A stretch of 64,000 bases of DNA, from the NCBI GenBank assembly GCA_030390025.1, contig CM059430.1:73346001-73410000 (forward strand), written 5' to 3'. This stretch comes from Squalus acanthias. Lineage: Eukaryota. Below the pieces are notes generated by a model, which was not told the origin of the DNA, did no database searches, and worked only from the letters and a program-made list of their open reading frames with translations. The translations under genes and the position numbers were made by a program. Positions 12,921-26,496 of the stretch are shown here, in pieces; positions within the stretch are counted from its first letter, which is position 1; each line of letters begins with the position of its first letter.

Positions 12921-13819
12921 TGATGTATTCGTGTATTCCGCTCGGCCAGTTGACCGTCTTCTTCCGAAATGGCTCAATGTAATTATGTCTTCAATTTATA
13001 CTTACAGACATAAAACAGCAATGGGAAATGCTCTAACTGAGAAAGATTTTAGGCAATAGCAATGGATTGTTAAGGTCACTTACGTTCTTTGCCGAGCGAC
13101 GTATCAGTGAATCCTCTTCCACTCACAGCGAAATTTGCAATTATGATGTTCAGTCTGTTCGTATTTAGCTTGAAGATTCATTTTTGGATTTATTTAATTT
13201 CGTCCCTTGGTGAATGTAAGCAAGTTTGCTAAAATAGGTAACTGTTGGAGTGCAGCGAACTGTCTGTATTCAATAGACTTTTCTGGATTTATTTTAGGAA
13301 ACACAATTTGGTTCCACAAAGTTGAATTATGAATATAATATTAAACATGACACGGAAAAAAATGACCCTGCGAACAAAAAAATCCCCGTTATTTACATGA
13401 AGTGATTTGCCAAATTGCAGCTCGGTTTTGCTGAAGCAATGAAATTATTAGAATATTACAAATATTAAAAATATATATTTACCATTTAATAAATGTGCCG
13501 GGAATTCTATGTCAAATTGGGGACAATATGTAGGGCTGTGGGGAAAGAGCAGGGATCCAAATAAATAGTTCTCTCAAAGTGTCGGCACAGGCACGACGGT
13601 TCCAATGCTTTCCTTCCGCGCTGTATCATTCTATGAACATGTGAGTTTATGAAATATTTTATCTGTTATGAAATGTAACTGTCAGTGCGATATGTAATTC
13701 AATTTTCTAATTCTAAGGGCCTAATACAAAGGTATGATTCAAAATAATTTTGTATTCTGTAAGATACTCTTAATATTTTCTGGGATATTAACTTCTGGAG
13801 CGTTCTATTCAAAGCAGTA

Positions 13820-14475
13820 TTTCCATTGTCCATCCTGGAAAGTTGGCCTTTATCTGAAAGGGGCTGGAATACAAAGGGAAAGAAGATCTGCTTCCATTGT
13901 ATGAAGATTTGTTCAGATCCAATCAGGACTATGCGTTCAGCTTCGGGCACGGCTCCGCAGGAAGGCAGTATTGGCATTGGATGGAGTGAAGCATAGATTC
14001 ACTAGAATGTTAACGTGGCTCAGAGGATTAAATTATGAGGACAGGCTGCATAAACTTGGCTTCTACTTCAATGAGGATAGGAGTTGGAATGCGGATCTGA
14101 TCGAGGTTTTTAAAAATGTTTGAATGATTTGATAATGCAGATACAGATAAACTATGTAATCTGATGTGGGAATGAAGAACAAGGGGATATAAATTGATAA
14201 CTAAAGCTATACAATTCAGGAGCGTAATAAGGAAGCACTTATTCACACAAAGCGGAGTAGACATTTGGAACTCTCTCACCACAAGCCTGTGAATGCTAGG
14301 TCAGTCGGAGCTTTCAGTACTGTGAAAGGTAGATGTTTTATTAATTAAGGGACTCAAGCGATAGGTCACAAAGGCGGTTAAATTATGTTAAAGTCCAGAT
14401 CAGCCATGATCTAATCGAATGCTGGAGCAGGCCCGGAGTGCTGAATAGCCTACGCTTGTTTCTAACGTTACTGTG
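13820..14475 (+). mobile_element. CR1 LINE 3' fragment
   Basis: Degenerate RT C-terminus and 3' UTR (gatcagccatgatc...ggagcagg). Confidence 0.75.
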
Positions 14476-14737
14476 CTAGTATCCTAAGAAATACCGGTGC
14501 GTTCGGATTAAACATTTCGGCGTTTATCGTCCCGATCAGTACAGATATACGATTATATCCAGAAAGAGAATGAACCATTCTCAGCGGTCCGAATTGTGTT
14601 ATCGCGGTTTTGCTTATGCAGCAGTGGATCTCTGTATTCCACCAGGATTAATCGACCATACAAATAAAAACCTGCCGCAACCGGGAGTACATTTCACTAG
14701 ACACAGTTAGTAAGTTCAACACATTTCGACTACTGGA

Positions 14738-15965
14738 AGAATCATAGAATCATAGAAAGTTGCAGCACGGAAGGAGGCCATTTCGGCCCATCGTGTCCAC
14801 GCCGACCAACAAAGAGCTATCCAGCTCAATCCCACTTCCCAGCTCTTGGTCCATAGCCCTGCAGGTTACAGCATCCCAAGTGCACATTCAATTAATTTTT
14901 AAATGTGGTTAGCGTTTCTGCATCTAACACCCTTTCAGTCACTGAGTTCCGGACCACCACAACCCTCTGGGTGAAGACATTTCCCCTCAAATTCCCTCTA
15001 AACCTTACACCAATTACTTTCAATATGTGCCTCCTGGTTTTTGACCCCCTCTGCTAAGGGAAATAGGTCCTTTCTATACACTTTATCTAGGCCCCTCCTA
15101 ATTTTATACACCTCAATAATGTCTCCCGTCAGCCTCCTCTGTTCCAAGGGAAACATACCCAGCCTATCCAGTCTTTCTTCATAGCTAAGATTCTCTACTC
15201 CCGGCAACATCCTTGTAAATCACCCCTGTACTCTCTCTAGTGCAATCATATATTTCCTATAATGTGGTGACCACAACTGCACGCACTTCTCTAGCTAAGG
15301 CCTAACTAGTGTTTTATACAGTTGAAGCATAACCCCCCTGCTCTTGTATTCTATGCCATGGCTAATAAGGGCATGCATTCCGTATGCCTTCTTAATCACC
15401 TTATCTACCTGGTCTGCTACCTTCAGGGATCTGTGGCCATGCACTCCAAGGTCCCTTTGTTCCTCTACACTACTCAGTGTCCGACCATTTAATGTGTATT
15501 CGCTTTCCTTGTTAGCCCTCCCAAATGCATTACCTCGCACTTCTCCGGATTGAATTCATTTTCCCACTGTGCTACCCACCTGACCAATTTATTGATATCC
15601 TCCTGCAGTCTACAGTTTCCTTCTTCAGTATCAGACACACAGCCGATTTTAGTATCATCTGCAAACGTCTTAATCATACCCCCTGTATTCAAGTCTAGAT
15701 CATTGATATATACTACAAAAAGCAAGGGATCCAGCACTGAGCCCTGCGGAAACCCACTGGAAACAGCCTTGCATTCACAAAAACACCCATCAAACATTAC
15801 CTTTTGCTTGCTGCCTCCGAGCCAGTTTTGAATCCAACTTGACACTTTGTCCTGGAACCCATGAGCTTTTAACTTCGTAACCAGGCTGCCATGTGGAAAC
15901 GTATCAAAAGCCTTGCTGCATCAAACGCACTATCCTTATCTACCCACCTTGTTACCTCCTCAAAA
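14738..15965 (-). mobile_element. 5'-truncated CR1 LINE, same subfamily as 3858-4862
   Basis: PQGSVL...FADDTK RT core and an (ATTCTATG)n tail. High visible similarity to 3858-4862. Confidence 0.92.
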
Positions 15966-16829
15966 AGAACAGACAAAAACTTTGTAAGTGAAGAAAAAGT
16001 AAAATTTAGAGGAGCTAAATATTTACTCGCACTTAGACTCACTCCCCGCTGCTCGCTGACCTACATTGACTCCCATTTAAGCAATGCCTCGATTAAAAAT
16101 TCTGATCCTCATTTTCATATCCCTCCATTGCCTGGCCCCTCCTTTTCCCTATAATCTCTATAATCTCCTCCAACCTTATAACCCACCACTGACCCCGCCT
16201 ACCTCTCTGTGCTGTGCATATTCTCATCAGTTGAACATTCCTGATTTCAATTGCTCCACCATTGGCAGTTGTGCCTTGAGATTCCTTGTTTCGAGGCTCT
16301 GGATTTCCCTTTCTAAATCTCGCTGCCTCTCCACATCTCTTCCCTCCTTTAAAACGCTGCTTAAAACCAACAGGCTAGAAATGAGTGGCCTTAGCCCCAC
16401 TCCAAAATACCATAAAATGTTGCTAAAACGACGGCCGCCGCTATTTCGACAGCTACTGCCAGTTCCCGCGGCGGCCAACATTTTTGTCCTCACCATTCTG
16501 GATATAATGGCGTCATTTTGACGTAAATATGCGTGCAACATCGACTTTACATCACAAGCGCGACTTCGACCCTCGCGCTGAATTCTGTACTGAGTCCAAA
16601 ACATGCCAAATTAACCTGGTGTGCATGCAGGCTGACAGTTGTGATGTCTGATCTCTTAACGGGAAAAAACACATCGTTCATGTAGGTTTGGATTTAAGGT
16701 TTTGGAGTGTTTTTTTTATTTTATTGAACAGGAGGTTTGCTGCAATAGAAGTGAAAAGTTTTTTAAAATTTGTAGGGACTGCTGCTGGACGCTTGCAAGG
16801 GCTCAGACGGTAAAGTAAAGCCTTTGAGA

Positions 16830-16975
16830 AGACAGAACATGCTGTAAATACTCAACCGGTCACGCAGCATACGTGGAGAGAATAACAGAGTTCACATCTC
16901 AGGTCGAGATGCTGCCAGACCAGCTGAGTATTTCCAGCATTTTATGCTGTCATTTCATATATCCAGCATCTGCTT
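16830..16975. repeat. Inverted pair of Penelope-type 3' tails
   Basis: atgctgtaaatactca...cagcat is followed by its reverse complement gatgctg...tgagtatttccagcat. Confidence 0.6.
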
Positions 16976-19900
16976 GCAGTGGGAACTGGAAGACAAAGAA
17001 GAGGAGGAATCAGATGGAAGAATGTATCCCAGACAGCCCTTTTGTGGCTCGGATAACCGGGATGGAATCCTCCACCTGCAGTCCCAGTGACACCAACCAC
17101 AATTCATATTCCATCATTAGTCCCACACATTACCTTCCATCTATTACTGACCATCACAATGTCTTCTTGGCCATAATGCTGAAATATTAGCTTGCACAAA
17201 CCAAAATTACCAATCCTCCTATATACATCTACCCATCCAAGGTGACATCAAACAATCAACTCCTCACCCGTATGTATTCTCTTAGTGAGTGTCTTCATGT
17301 CACGGAGTGCTACCCCATTGGCTGCAGCATGGATGGTGGAAAGCTGCTTACTTTCAGTGTGGGACACTTCAAATGTCTTTGCTGGTTGAGCTTGAGGAGC
17401 TTGTGGCTGGGAGTTTCAAATCAGTCATCTTCTTCTTTTTCTTCTTCACTCTCCTCTCCCACTTCTTGGCCACCCATTGGCTGGGCAGGCCACAGTTCTT
17501 GGGTGTGAGACATGAGGAAGGAACACAGGTGGAGATATATTGATGGGAGTGCTTGAAAGCAGGAGGTGCATGCAGAAGGGAGATAATGTATTCCATAATC
17601 TGGTATCCCTTCAGCCCGCCCCTGGCAAAGGGCTCATCCACGCTCCTGCCAGGAATGGCCAGCACCGTCTATTCTAAAGAGGTGAGGTGTTGCTAGGAAT
17701 GGGAGATGTACCTCGCGATATTTGCAGATTGTTGGTAGCTGAGTGATTAGGGGTGGGAGTCGTGCATTGAGCAGTATGTGAGTCTAGTGGTGCAGTTGGT
17801 CGGTGGCGCCTTTGAAGATGGATTCACTGACCTGAGCAGTGTTCTGAGGTCAGTGAATCCAATCTCCAACAAGGAGGGTTGCCTGTACTAAATGCACTTC
17901 AATGCAAGGAGTATAGCGAACAAGGCAGATGAGCAGAGGGCACAGGTAGATACTTGAGACGATGATTTTCTAGCTATTACAGAGACGTGGCTGAAAGAGG
18001 GGTAGGTATGGCAGCTCAACACTCCTGGTTACAGGATTTTCAGACGGGATAGAGAGGGTGTTAAAAAGGGAGGGGGTCGCGGTATTGATTAAATAAACTA
18101 TTACAGCTGTGAGGAGGTTTGATATGTTGGAGGGATCATCAAACGAGGCCCTATGGGTCGAATTGAAAAACAAAAATGGGGCGATCACACTGCTGGGAGT
18201 GTACTACAGACACCCATACAGTGAGAGGGAGTTAGAAGAAAAAATATGTAGAAACCTTTTTGAGAAGTGCAAAAACTATAGGGCAGCAATAGCAGGGGAT
18301 TTCAACGACCCCAGTATTAACTGGGATAAAATTAGTGTGAAGTGTTTTAGAAAGTGCAGAATTCCTAAAATGCAACCAGGAGAACTTTTTTAGCCAGTAT
18401 GCAGCAAACCCAACAATGGAGGGGGCGGTTCTGAACTTAGTTTTAGGGATTGAAGCTGGGAAGGTAGAAGGCGTATCAATGGGAAGCATGTTGGTGCTAG
18501 GGACCATAATTCTGTTAGATTTAAGGTAGTTATGGAAAAAGACAAGGATAGACCACGAAAAAAAATTCTAAATTGGGGAAAAGCAAATTTTGCTAAGCTC
18601 AGAGGGGATTTACTCATAGTGGACTGGAAACAGCTACTTGAAGGTAAATGAGTGTCAGAGCAGTTGGAGGCATTCAAGGAGGAGATCCGATGCGTTCAGA
18701 CCAAATATGTGCTCTGAAAGAAAAAAGGTGGGACCAACAAATCTAGAGCCCCCGGATGGCAGGAGACATACAGCATAGGATAATGAAAAAAGGGAGGCAT
18801 ATGACAGATACCGAGTGCTAAATACTCCAGAATCTTTAGAGGTGTACAAAAAGTGCAGGGGTGCAATGAAAAAGTATATTAGGAAAGCAAAGAGAGAGCA
18901 TGAAAAATTCTTTGCAAGTAAAATCAAGGAAAACTCAACGATGTTTTACAAATATATTAAGAGTAAGAGGATAACTAAAGAAAGGTTAGGGCCTATTAAA
19001 GATCATGAGGGTAATCTGTGTGGAGTGGGGAGACGTCAGTAGGGTTCTTTTTGAATATTTTGCGTCTATTTTCACAAAGGAGAGGGGTGAAGTAGATATT
19101 GCTATCGGGGGGGGGGGGGGGGTTGGTGGTGGCAGTGTGAAATATTAGATTAAATAAACATAGTGAGAGAGGAAGTATTAAGATGTTTAGCAGCTTTAAA
19201 AGTGGATAAATCCGCAGGCCCGGATGAAATGTATCCCAGGCTGTCAAGCTGAGCAAAAGAGGAAATAGCAGCGGCCCTGACCATCATTTTTCAATCCTCA
19301 TTGGTTCAGGTGTGGTGCCGGAGGACTGGAGGACTGCTATAGTGGTACCCTTGTTTAAAAAGGGAGAAAAGGATAGAACGAATAATTACAGGACAGTCAG
19401 CCTAACCTCAGTGGTGGGAAAATTATTGGAAAGAATTCTGAAGGACAGGATAAATCTTCATTTAGAAAGACATGGAATAATCAAGGATAGTCAGCACGTA
19501 TTTGTTCAGGGAATGTCTTGTCTGACAAACATGATTCGATTTTTTGAGGAGGTAACAAGGAGGGTAGATGAGTGTACTGCTTTTGATGTAGTGTATATGG
19601 ACTTTAGCAAGGCTTTTGATAAGGTTGCACATGACAGACTGGTCACGAAGTTAAAAGCCCATGGGATCCAAGGCAAAGTGTCAAGTTGGATTCAAAATTG
19701 GCTCGGAGACAGGAAGCAGAGTGTAATGGTTAGGCCCACAGAGTAAGGCCCACAGAGGCGGCGCACCTGGGTGGAGCGACAGCGGCGAGGCGGCGTCAGT
19801 AAAAGGCGGCAGCGACCAGGTAGGCGCACAGAGGCGCCGGATCTGGGTGGAGCGACAGCGGAGAGGCGGCGGCAGTAAAAAGCGGCAGCGACCACGTAGA

Positions 19901-20532
19901 ATTATCAATCTGAGCTCCGAGAGCGGGAGAGAGAGAAGTAAAAAATAAACAAAGTGTGACGTCACCAGAAAGCAGGTAAGTGATTGGTTGGTGAGTATTT
20001 CTCTTTTTCTCCTTTTTCCAAACTTACATTTTGTGGTTTATTGTTTCTAGGGTCTCTGTGGTGTAGCGGGGACAGTTGGTAAACAAGGACCCTATATCAT
20101 TTAAATATAGTATAATTGGTGGGAGTGATTTGATTTAATTTAAGTTCAATTAATTAAAGGGTAAGTCATAGCAACACAGCTCGGCGCCGTGATATGCTCC
20201 TCCTGCACAATGTGGGAAATCGGGGACACTGCCTGTGTCCCTGACGACCATGTGTGCAGGAAGTGTATCCAGCTGCAGCTACTGGCAGACCGCATTGCGG
20301 CGCTGGAGCTGCGAATGGATGCATACTGGAGCATTCGCGATGCTGAGGACCTCATGGATAGCACGTTTAACCAGTTTGTCACACCGCAGGTAAAGGTTGC
20401 ACAGGCAGAAAGGGAATGGGTGACCACCAGGCAGAGTAGTAGGCGCAGGCAGGTAGAGCAGGAGTCCCCTGCGGACATCCCCCTCTCAAACAGATATACC
20501 GTTTTGGATAATGTTGAGGGGGATGGCTTATC

Positions 20533-21721
20533 TGCTCAGACGAGGAGGAACGTGATGCACACCTTCAGACGCTAAAAGATGCCCTCGTAAGAACGGGATA
20601 TGACGCTCGCCTCGTCGATCGTCAGTTCAGACGGGCCACAGCGAAAAATCGCATAGACCTCCTCAGAAGACAAATACGGGACAAAACCAACAGAGAACCC
20701 TACGTCGTCCAGTACTTCACCGGAGTGGAGAAACTACGCCATGTTCTTCGCAGCCTTCAACATTTCATCGATGACGACAAACACCTCGCTAAGTCCATCC
20801 CCACGCCCCACTACTCGCCTTCAAACAGCCACCTAAACTCAAACAGACCATCATTCGCAGCAAATTACCAAGCTTTCAGGAGAACAGCGACCACAGCACC
20901 ACACAACCCTGCCACGGCAAACTCTACAAGACATGCCAGATCATCACCACAGATACTATCATCACACGTGAGGACACCACCCACCAGGTACATGGTACAT
21001 ACTCATGTGACTCAGCCAACGTTGTCTACCTCATACGTTGCAGGAAAGGATGCCCCGGAGCATGGAACATCGGCGAGAACATGCAGACACTACGACAACA
21101 TATGAACGGACACCACGCAACAATCGCCAGGCAGGAGTGTTCCCTCCCAGTCGGGGAACACTTCAGCAGTAAGGACATTCAGCCTCCGATCTTCGGGTAA
21201 GCATTCTCCAAGGTGGCCTTCGAGACACACGAAAATGCACAATCGTCGAGCAGAAACTGATAGCCAAATACGAACGCATGAGGACGGCCTCAACCGGGTT
21301 CTTGGGTTCATGTCACGCTACATGTAACCCCACCTGACGTAGAATCATCCAGACTCGAGACGTTGTTGGCTTGTTCTCTCTACACAGATGCTGCCGGACG
21401 TACTGTGATTTCCAGCAAAAAATGTTTTTTGTTTTCCATACAGACCCCAGCATCTGCCACATTTTCATTGATGTAATGGTTTCTGACTGACCTGTTTGGT
21501 CACCATCCATACCTTTGATTGCCGTGATTATCTCTTTGCCGAGGTGTGATAAAGGGCAGTTGGAAACATTAACTTTAAACTACTGGCTGTGTTCTTTGAC
21601 TATATGTGCTGTGTTGATATGTATCTCTTCACTTCACCTGACGAAGGAGCAGCGTTCCGAATGCTTGTGATTTCAAATAAACCTGTTGGACTATAATCTG
21701 GTGTTTTGCAACTTCTCACAT
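20533..21721 (+). mobile_element. 5'-truncated Penelope-like element inserted in CR1-B ORF1
   Basis: GIY-YIG region YSCDSANVVYLIRCRKGCPGAW(N)IGE, TSD TTATC (20528-20532 / 21722-21726) and a terminal hammerhead motif. Confidence 0.88.
21634..21670 (+). ncRNA. Minimal hammerhead ribozyme of the Penelope terminus (GAAA mutated to GAAT)
   Basis: TCAC-CTGACGA-A-GGAGC-agc-GTTCC-GAAT-GC-TT-GTGA. Stems I and II pair but one core base is altered. Confidence 0.65.
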
Positions 21722-24395
21722 TTATCAGGGGAAGGCAGCAGCAGCCAACTTCCTGGCACCAAGGGTGGTTCTGCTGCACAGGACGGAAGGAAAAAGAGGG
21801 GTAGTGCTATAGTGATAGTGAGTTCTATTGTAAGGGGAATAGATAGGCTTTTCTGCGGCCACAAACGGGACTCCAGGATGGTGTGTTGCCTCCCTGGTGC
21901 AAGGATCAAGGATGTCTCAGAGCGGCTGCAGAACATTTTGGAAGGGGAGGGTGAACAGCCAGTTCTCGCAGTGCATATAGGTACCAACGATATAGGTAAA
22001 AAACGGGATGAGGTCCTAAAAGCTGAAAATAGGGATTTAGGAGGTAAATTAAAAAATAGGACCTCAAAGGTAGTAATCTCAGGATTGCTACAAGTGCCAC
22101 GTGCTAAGTTAGAGTAGAAATAGAAGGATATTTCAGATGAATACGTGGCTCGAAGAATGGAGCAAGGGGGGTGGAATTCAAATTCCTGGGAAATTGGAAA
22201 GGATTATGGGGGAGGTGTGACCAATACAGATCGGACGGTTTTCACCTGGGCAGGACCGGGACCGATGTCCTTGGGGGAGTGTTTGCCAGTGCTCTGGGGG
22301 AGGGTTTAAAATAAAATGGCAGGGCGTTGGGAACATCATCAGGTAGACAGAGGAAAGGGAAACAAGGATAGAAGTAAACGTCAGGAAGGAAAAAAGCAAA
22401 GGTGGCAGTCAGAGAAATAAAGGTTTTAAATCAAATGTGGCCACAGTAAATAATAATTCTAAAAGGTCTAAGAGCGTTAAAAAAACAAGCCTGAAGGCTT
22501 TGTGTCTTAATGCGAGGAGCATTCGTAATAAGGTGGATGAGTTAAGTGCGCAAATAAAGGTAAACAAATATGATATGATTGGAATTACAGAAACATGGCT
22601 CCAGGGTGAACAAGGCTGGGAACTCAACATACAGGGGTATTCAATATTCAGGAAAGATAGGCAAAAAGGAAAAGGAGGTGAGATAGCATTGCTGGTTAAA
22701 GAGGGGCTTAGCACAATTGTAAGGAAGGATATTAGCTCTGATGATGTGGAATCTGTATGGGTAAAACTCAGATATACCAAGGGGCAGATAACGCTAGTGG
22801 GAGTGGTGTATAGACCCCCAAACAGTAATACGGAGGTTGGGGATGGCATTAAAAGGGAAATTAGAGAAGCGTGCAATAAGAGCACAGCAGTTATCATTGG
22901 TGAATTTAATCTACATATAGATTGAGTTAACTAAATTAGTAACAATACTGCGGAGGAGGAATTCCTGGAGTGTATACTGGATGGTTTCCTGGACCAATAT
23001 GTCAAGGAACCAACTGGAGATCAGGCCATCTTAGACTGGGTATTCTGTAATGAGAAAGGATTAATTAGCAATCTTGTTGTGCAAGGCCCCTTGGGTCAGA
23101 GCGATCATAATATGATAGAATTCTTCATTAAGATGGTGAGTGAAGTAGTTGACTCAGAGACTAGGGACCTGAATTTAAATAAAGGAAACTACGATGGTAT
23201 GAGGCGTGAGTTGGGTAGGATTGATTGGGAAATGTCACTCAAAGGAAACATTCAAAGATCGCATGAATGAACTACAGAATTTGTTCATCACAGTTTGGCA
23301 TAAAAATTAAACAAAAATGGTGAATCAACCGTGGTTAAAAAGGGAAATTAGGGATAGCATAAGTTCCAAGGAGAGGTCATATAAATTGGCCAGAAAAAGC
23401 AGAAAACCTGAGGAATGGGAGCAGAATAGGATTCAGAACATAAGGATAAAGGGATTAATTAAAAAGTGGAAAATAAAGGAAGAGAGTAAGCTTTCAGGGA
23501 ACATAAAAACTGACTGTAAAATATTATATCGATATGTGAAGAGAACAAGATTGGTGAAGTCAAGTGTAGGTACCTTGCAGTCAGAATCAGGGGAATTTAT
23601 AATGGGGAACAAAGAAATGGCAGACCAATTAAATACATACTTTGGTTCTGTCTTCACAAAGGAGGACACAAATAAACTCCCAGAGATGTCAGGGAACATA
23701 GGGTCTAATGAGAGAGAGAAACTGAAAGAAATCAGTATATGTAGGGAAATAGTGTTAGGGAAATTGATGGGATTGAAGGCCGATAAATCCCCAGGGCCGG
23801 ATAATCTACATCCTAGCGTACTTAAGGAAGTGGCCCTAGAAATGGTAGATGGATTGCTGGTCATCTTCCAAAAATTCGATGGACTCTGGAACATTACCCA
23901 TGGATTGGAGGTTAACTAATGTTACCCCACTATTTAAAAATGGTAGCAGAGAGAAAACGGAGTTTATAGATCGGTAAGCCTGACCTCGGTCGTTTGGAAA
24001 ATGCTGGAGTCCATTATAAAAGATGTAATAGCAGAGCACTTGGAAAACAGTAACAAGATCGGACAAAGTCAACATGGATTTACAAAAGGTAAATCGTGCT
24101 GGACTAATCTGTTGGATTTTTTTGAGGATGTAACTGGTAAAATAGGTAAGGTAGAACCAATGGATGTGGTGTATTTGGACTTTCAGAAGACTTTCGATAA
24201 GGTCCCGCATAAGACATTAGCGTGTAAGGTTAAGGCACGTGGGATTGGGGGCAAGGTATTGACTTGGATAGAGAACTGGTTGGCAGACAGAAAGCAAAGA
24301 GTTGGAATAAACGGGTCTTTTTCCGAGAAGCAGGCAGTGATAAGTGGGTTACAGCAGGGATCGGTCCGAGGACCACAGCTATTCGCAATATATAT

Positions 24396-25149
24396 TGGCC
24401 CAGAAATTAAACACGGAGCGTTCCTGCGGGGGTAAGGCTTCCCCGCGATATCTCACTGCGCGCCTACCTTTTCCCCCCGGGCTCACACGAAATTTAGTTT
24501 CAAGGCCATTCCCACATGCAGCTGTGCAGTGCTTGCGTGACCCACAGACGCAGTTCGTTCGTGCGAGCTCTGGGATCACGTGATTCAGTTAGAGCCAATG
24601 GCAGCACACCATCTTTCATTCATAGTTTTGACAGGAGAACTTTCAAAGCTATGAATACAACTTACCCCCAAAAGAACAGCTAAATCTCAATTAAATTTAA
24701 AAAAAACCATCACATTAATAAAATAACTATAGTTAAATAAATTAACCACTTTAAACAAAAAATTAAATTTTTGAAAAAATGTAAAATCTTTTTAAAAGTT
24801 ATAAAAATAAACTTACCTTTCTTTAAAGTCTCTAAAAAAGATAAACCTGTTGACAAAAATTTAAACTAATACTTAATTAACTACTTACCTTGTTTAAAGA
24901 GGGTCTTACGCCTCCTTTGTTTATGTGTAAAATCTTCCATGCTTACCTGCGCGTTCAAAGCACTAAGTGCACTGCGTGCGCGCAGCCTGTAGCGCGCACG
25001 CGGTTCACTTAGGAACCGCCCCCTTTTGAGTTCACAAAGTGCCGGTTTCCCGCGCATGCGCAGTGCACGCTGGAAACCGGCAATTGGAGACCTAAAACGC
25101 GAGAGTACACAATGCGTACTCTCGCGTATTAGGTCTAATTTTCGGGCCA
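24396..25149. mobile_element. Harbinger-derived MITE (~750 bp), copy A, in CR1-B RT
   Basis: TIR TGGCCCAGAAATTA / TAATTTTCGGGCCA. The CR1 frame (AIYI|NDLD) is interrupted exactly here. Confidence 0.85.
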
Positions 25150-26496
25150 ATAATGATCTAGACGAGTGAATTGGATGTAATATCTCCAAGTTTGCCGACG
25201 ACACAAAGCTGGGTGGGAGTGTGTGCCGTGAGGAGGATGCCGAGAAACTCCAGTATGATTCGGACAGGTTGGGTGATTGGGCAGAAGCATGGCTTATGCA
25301 ATATAATGTGGATAAATGCGAGGTTAACCACTTTGGTGTCAAAAATAGGAAGGCAGATTATTATCTGAATGGCAATAGATTGGAAGAAGGGGCAGTGCAA
25401 CGAGAACTTTGTGTCCTTGTGCACCAGTCGCTGAAGGTAAGCATGCAGGTGCAGCAGCCGGTTAAGAAGGCAAATGCTATGTTGGCCTTCGTAGCGAAAG
25501 GGTTCGAGTACAGGAACAAGGATGTCTTGCTGCAGTTCTACAGTGCCCTGGTGAGACCACATCTTGACTATTGTGTGCAGTTTTGGTCGCCTTATCTGAG
25601 GAAGGATGTTCTTGCCATGGAGGGAGTGCAGCGAAGAATCACCAGGCTGATATTTGGGATGGCAGGAATGACGTATGAGGAGAGATTGGGTCGATTGGGG
25701 TTATACTCGCTGGAGTTTAAAAGAATGAGAGGGGATCTCATTGAAACTTCTAAAATTCTAACAGGACTAGACAGACTAGATGCAGGGATGATGTTCCCGA
25801 TCGCCCGAGTGTCCAGAACCATGTGCCACATTACTACGGATAAGGGGTAAGCCATTTAGGACTGAGATGAGGAGTAATTTCTTCACCCAGAGAGTGATGA
25901 ACCTGTGGAGTTCTCTACCACAGAAGGCAGTAGAAACCAATTCGTTAAATATATTCAAGAAGGAGTTGGATATATTTCTGAAATCTAAAGGGATCAAGGG
26001 ATATGGAGAGAAGGCAGGGACAGGCTACTGAATTTGGATGATCAGCCATGATATCATTGAATGGCGGAGCAGGCTCGAGGGGCTGAGTGGTCTACTCCTG
26101 CTCCTATCTTCTATGATTGATGGGAGTTTTTGTGACTGGATGGCTGTTTCCACTGGGGTTCTGCAGGGCTCAGTACTAGGTCCCTTGCTTTTTGTGGTAT
26201 ATATCAATGATCTTGACTTGAAGACAGCAGATATGATTTTGAAGTTTGCAGATGATACTAAAATCGGCTGTGTGGTTCATACTGAAGAAGGAAACTGTAG
26301 ACTGCAGGTAGATAGCAATACATTGATCAGGTGGGCAGCGCAGTTGCAAATGGAATTGAATCCGGAGAACTGTGAGGTAATGCATTTGGGGAGGGAGAAA
26401 AGGAAAGGGATACACATTAACTGGTAGGACACTGAGTAGTGCAGAGGAATAAAGGGACCTTGTCGTACATGTCCACAGATCCCGGAAGGTAGCAGT

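Larger units (their letters stand above)
19731..26113 (+). mobile_element. Full-length CR1 LINE 'B' (5' UTR repeats, ORF1 zinc finger/SGNH esterase, ORF2), inactivated
   Basis: ORF1 has CSSCTMW...CRKC, PLSNRY, and the esterase CLPGARI...HIGTND. ORF2 has APE LNARSIRNK...ITETW and RT YLDFQKTFDKVPH/FADDTK. Probable TSD atggtt/atgatt. Confidence 0.92.

Noticed and set aside
13008-13070. Further gene 1 exon after acceptor tatacttacag
   Set aside because: Phase 0 gives an immediate stop and no upstream donor in a matching phase was identified; it may be 3' UTR.
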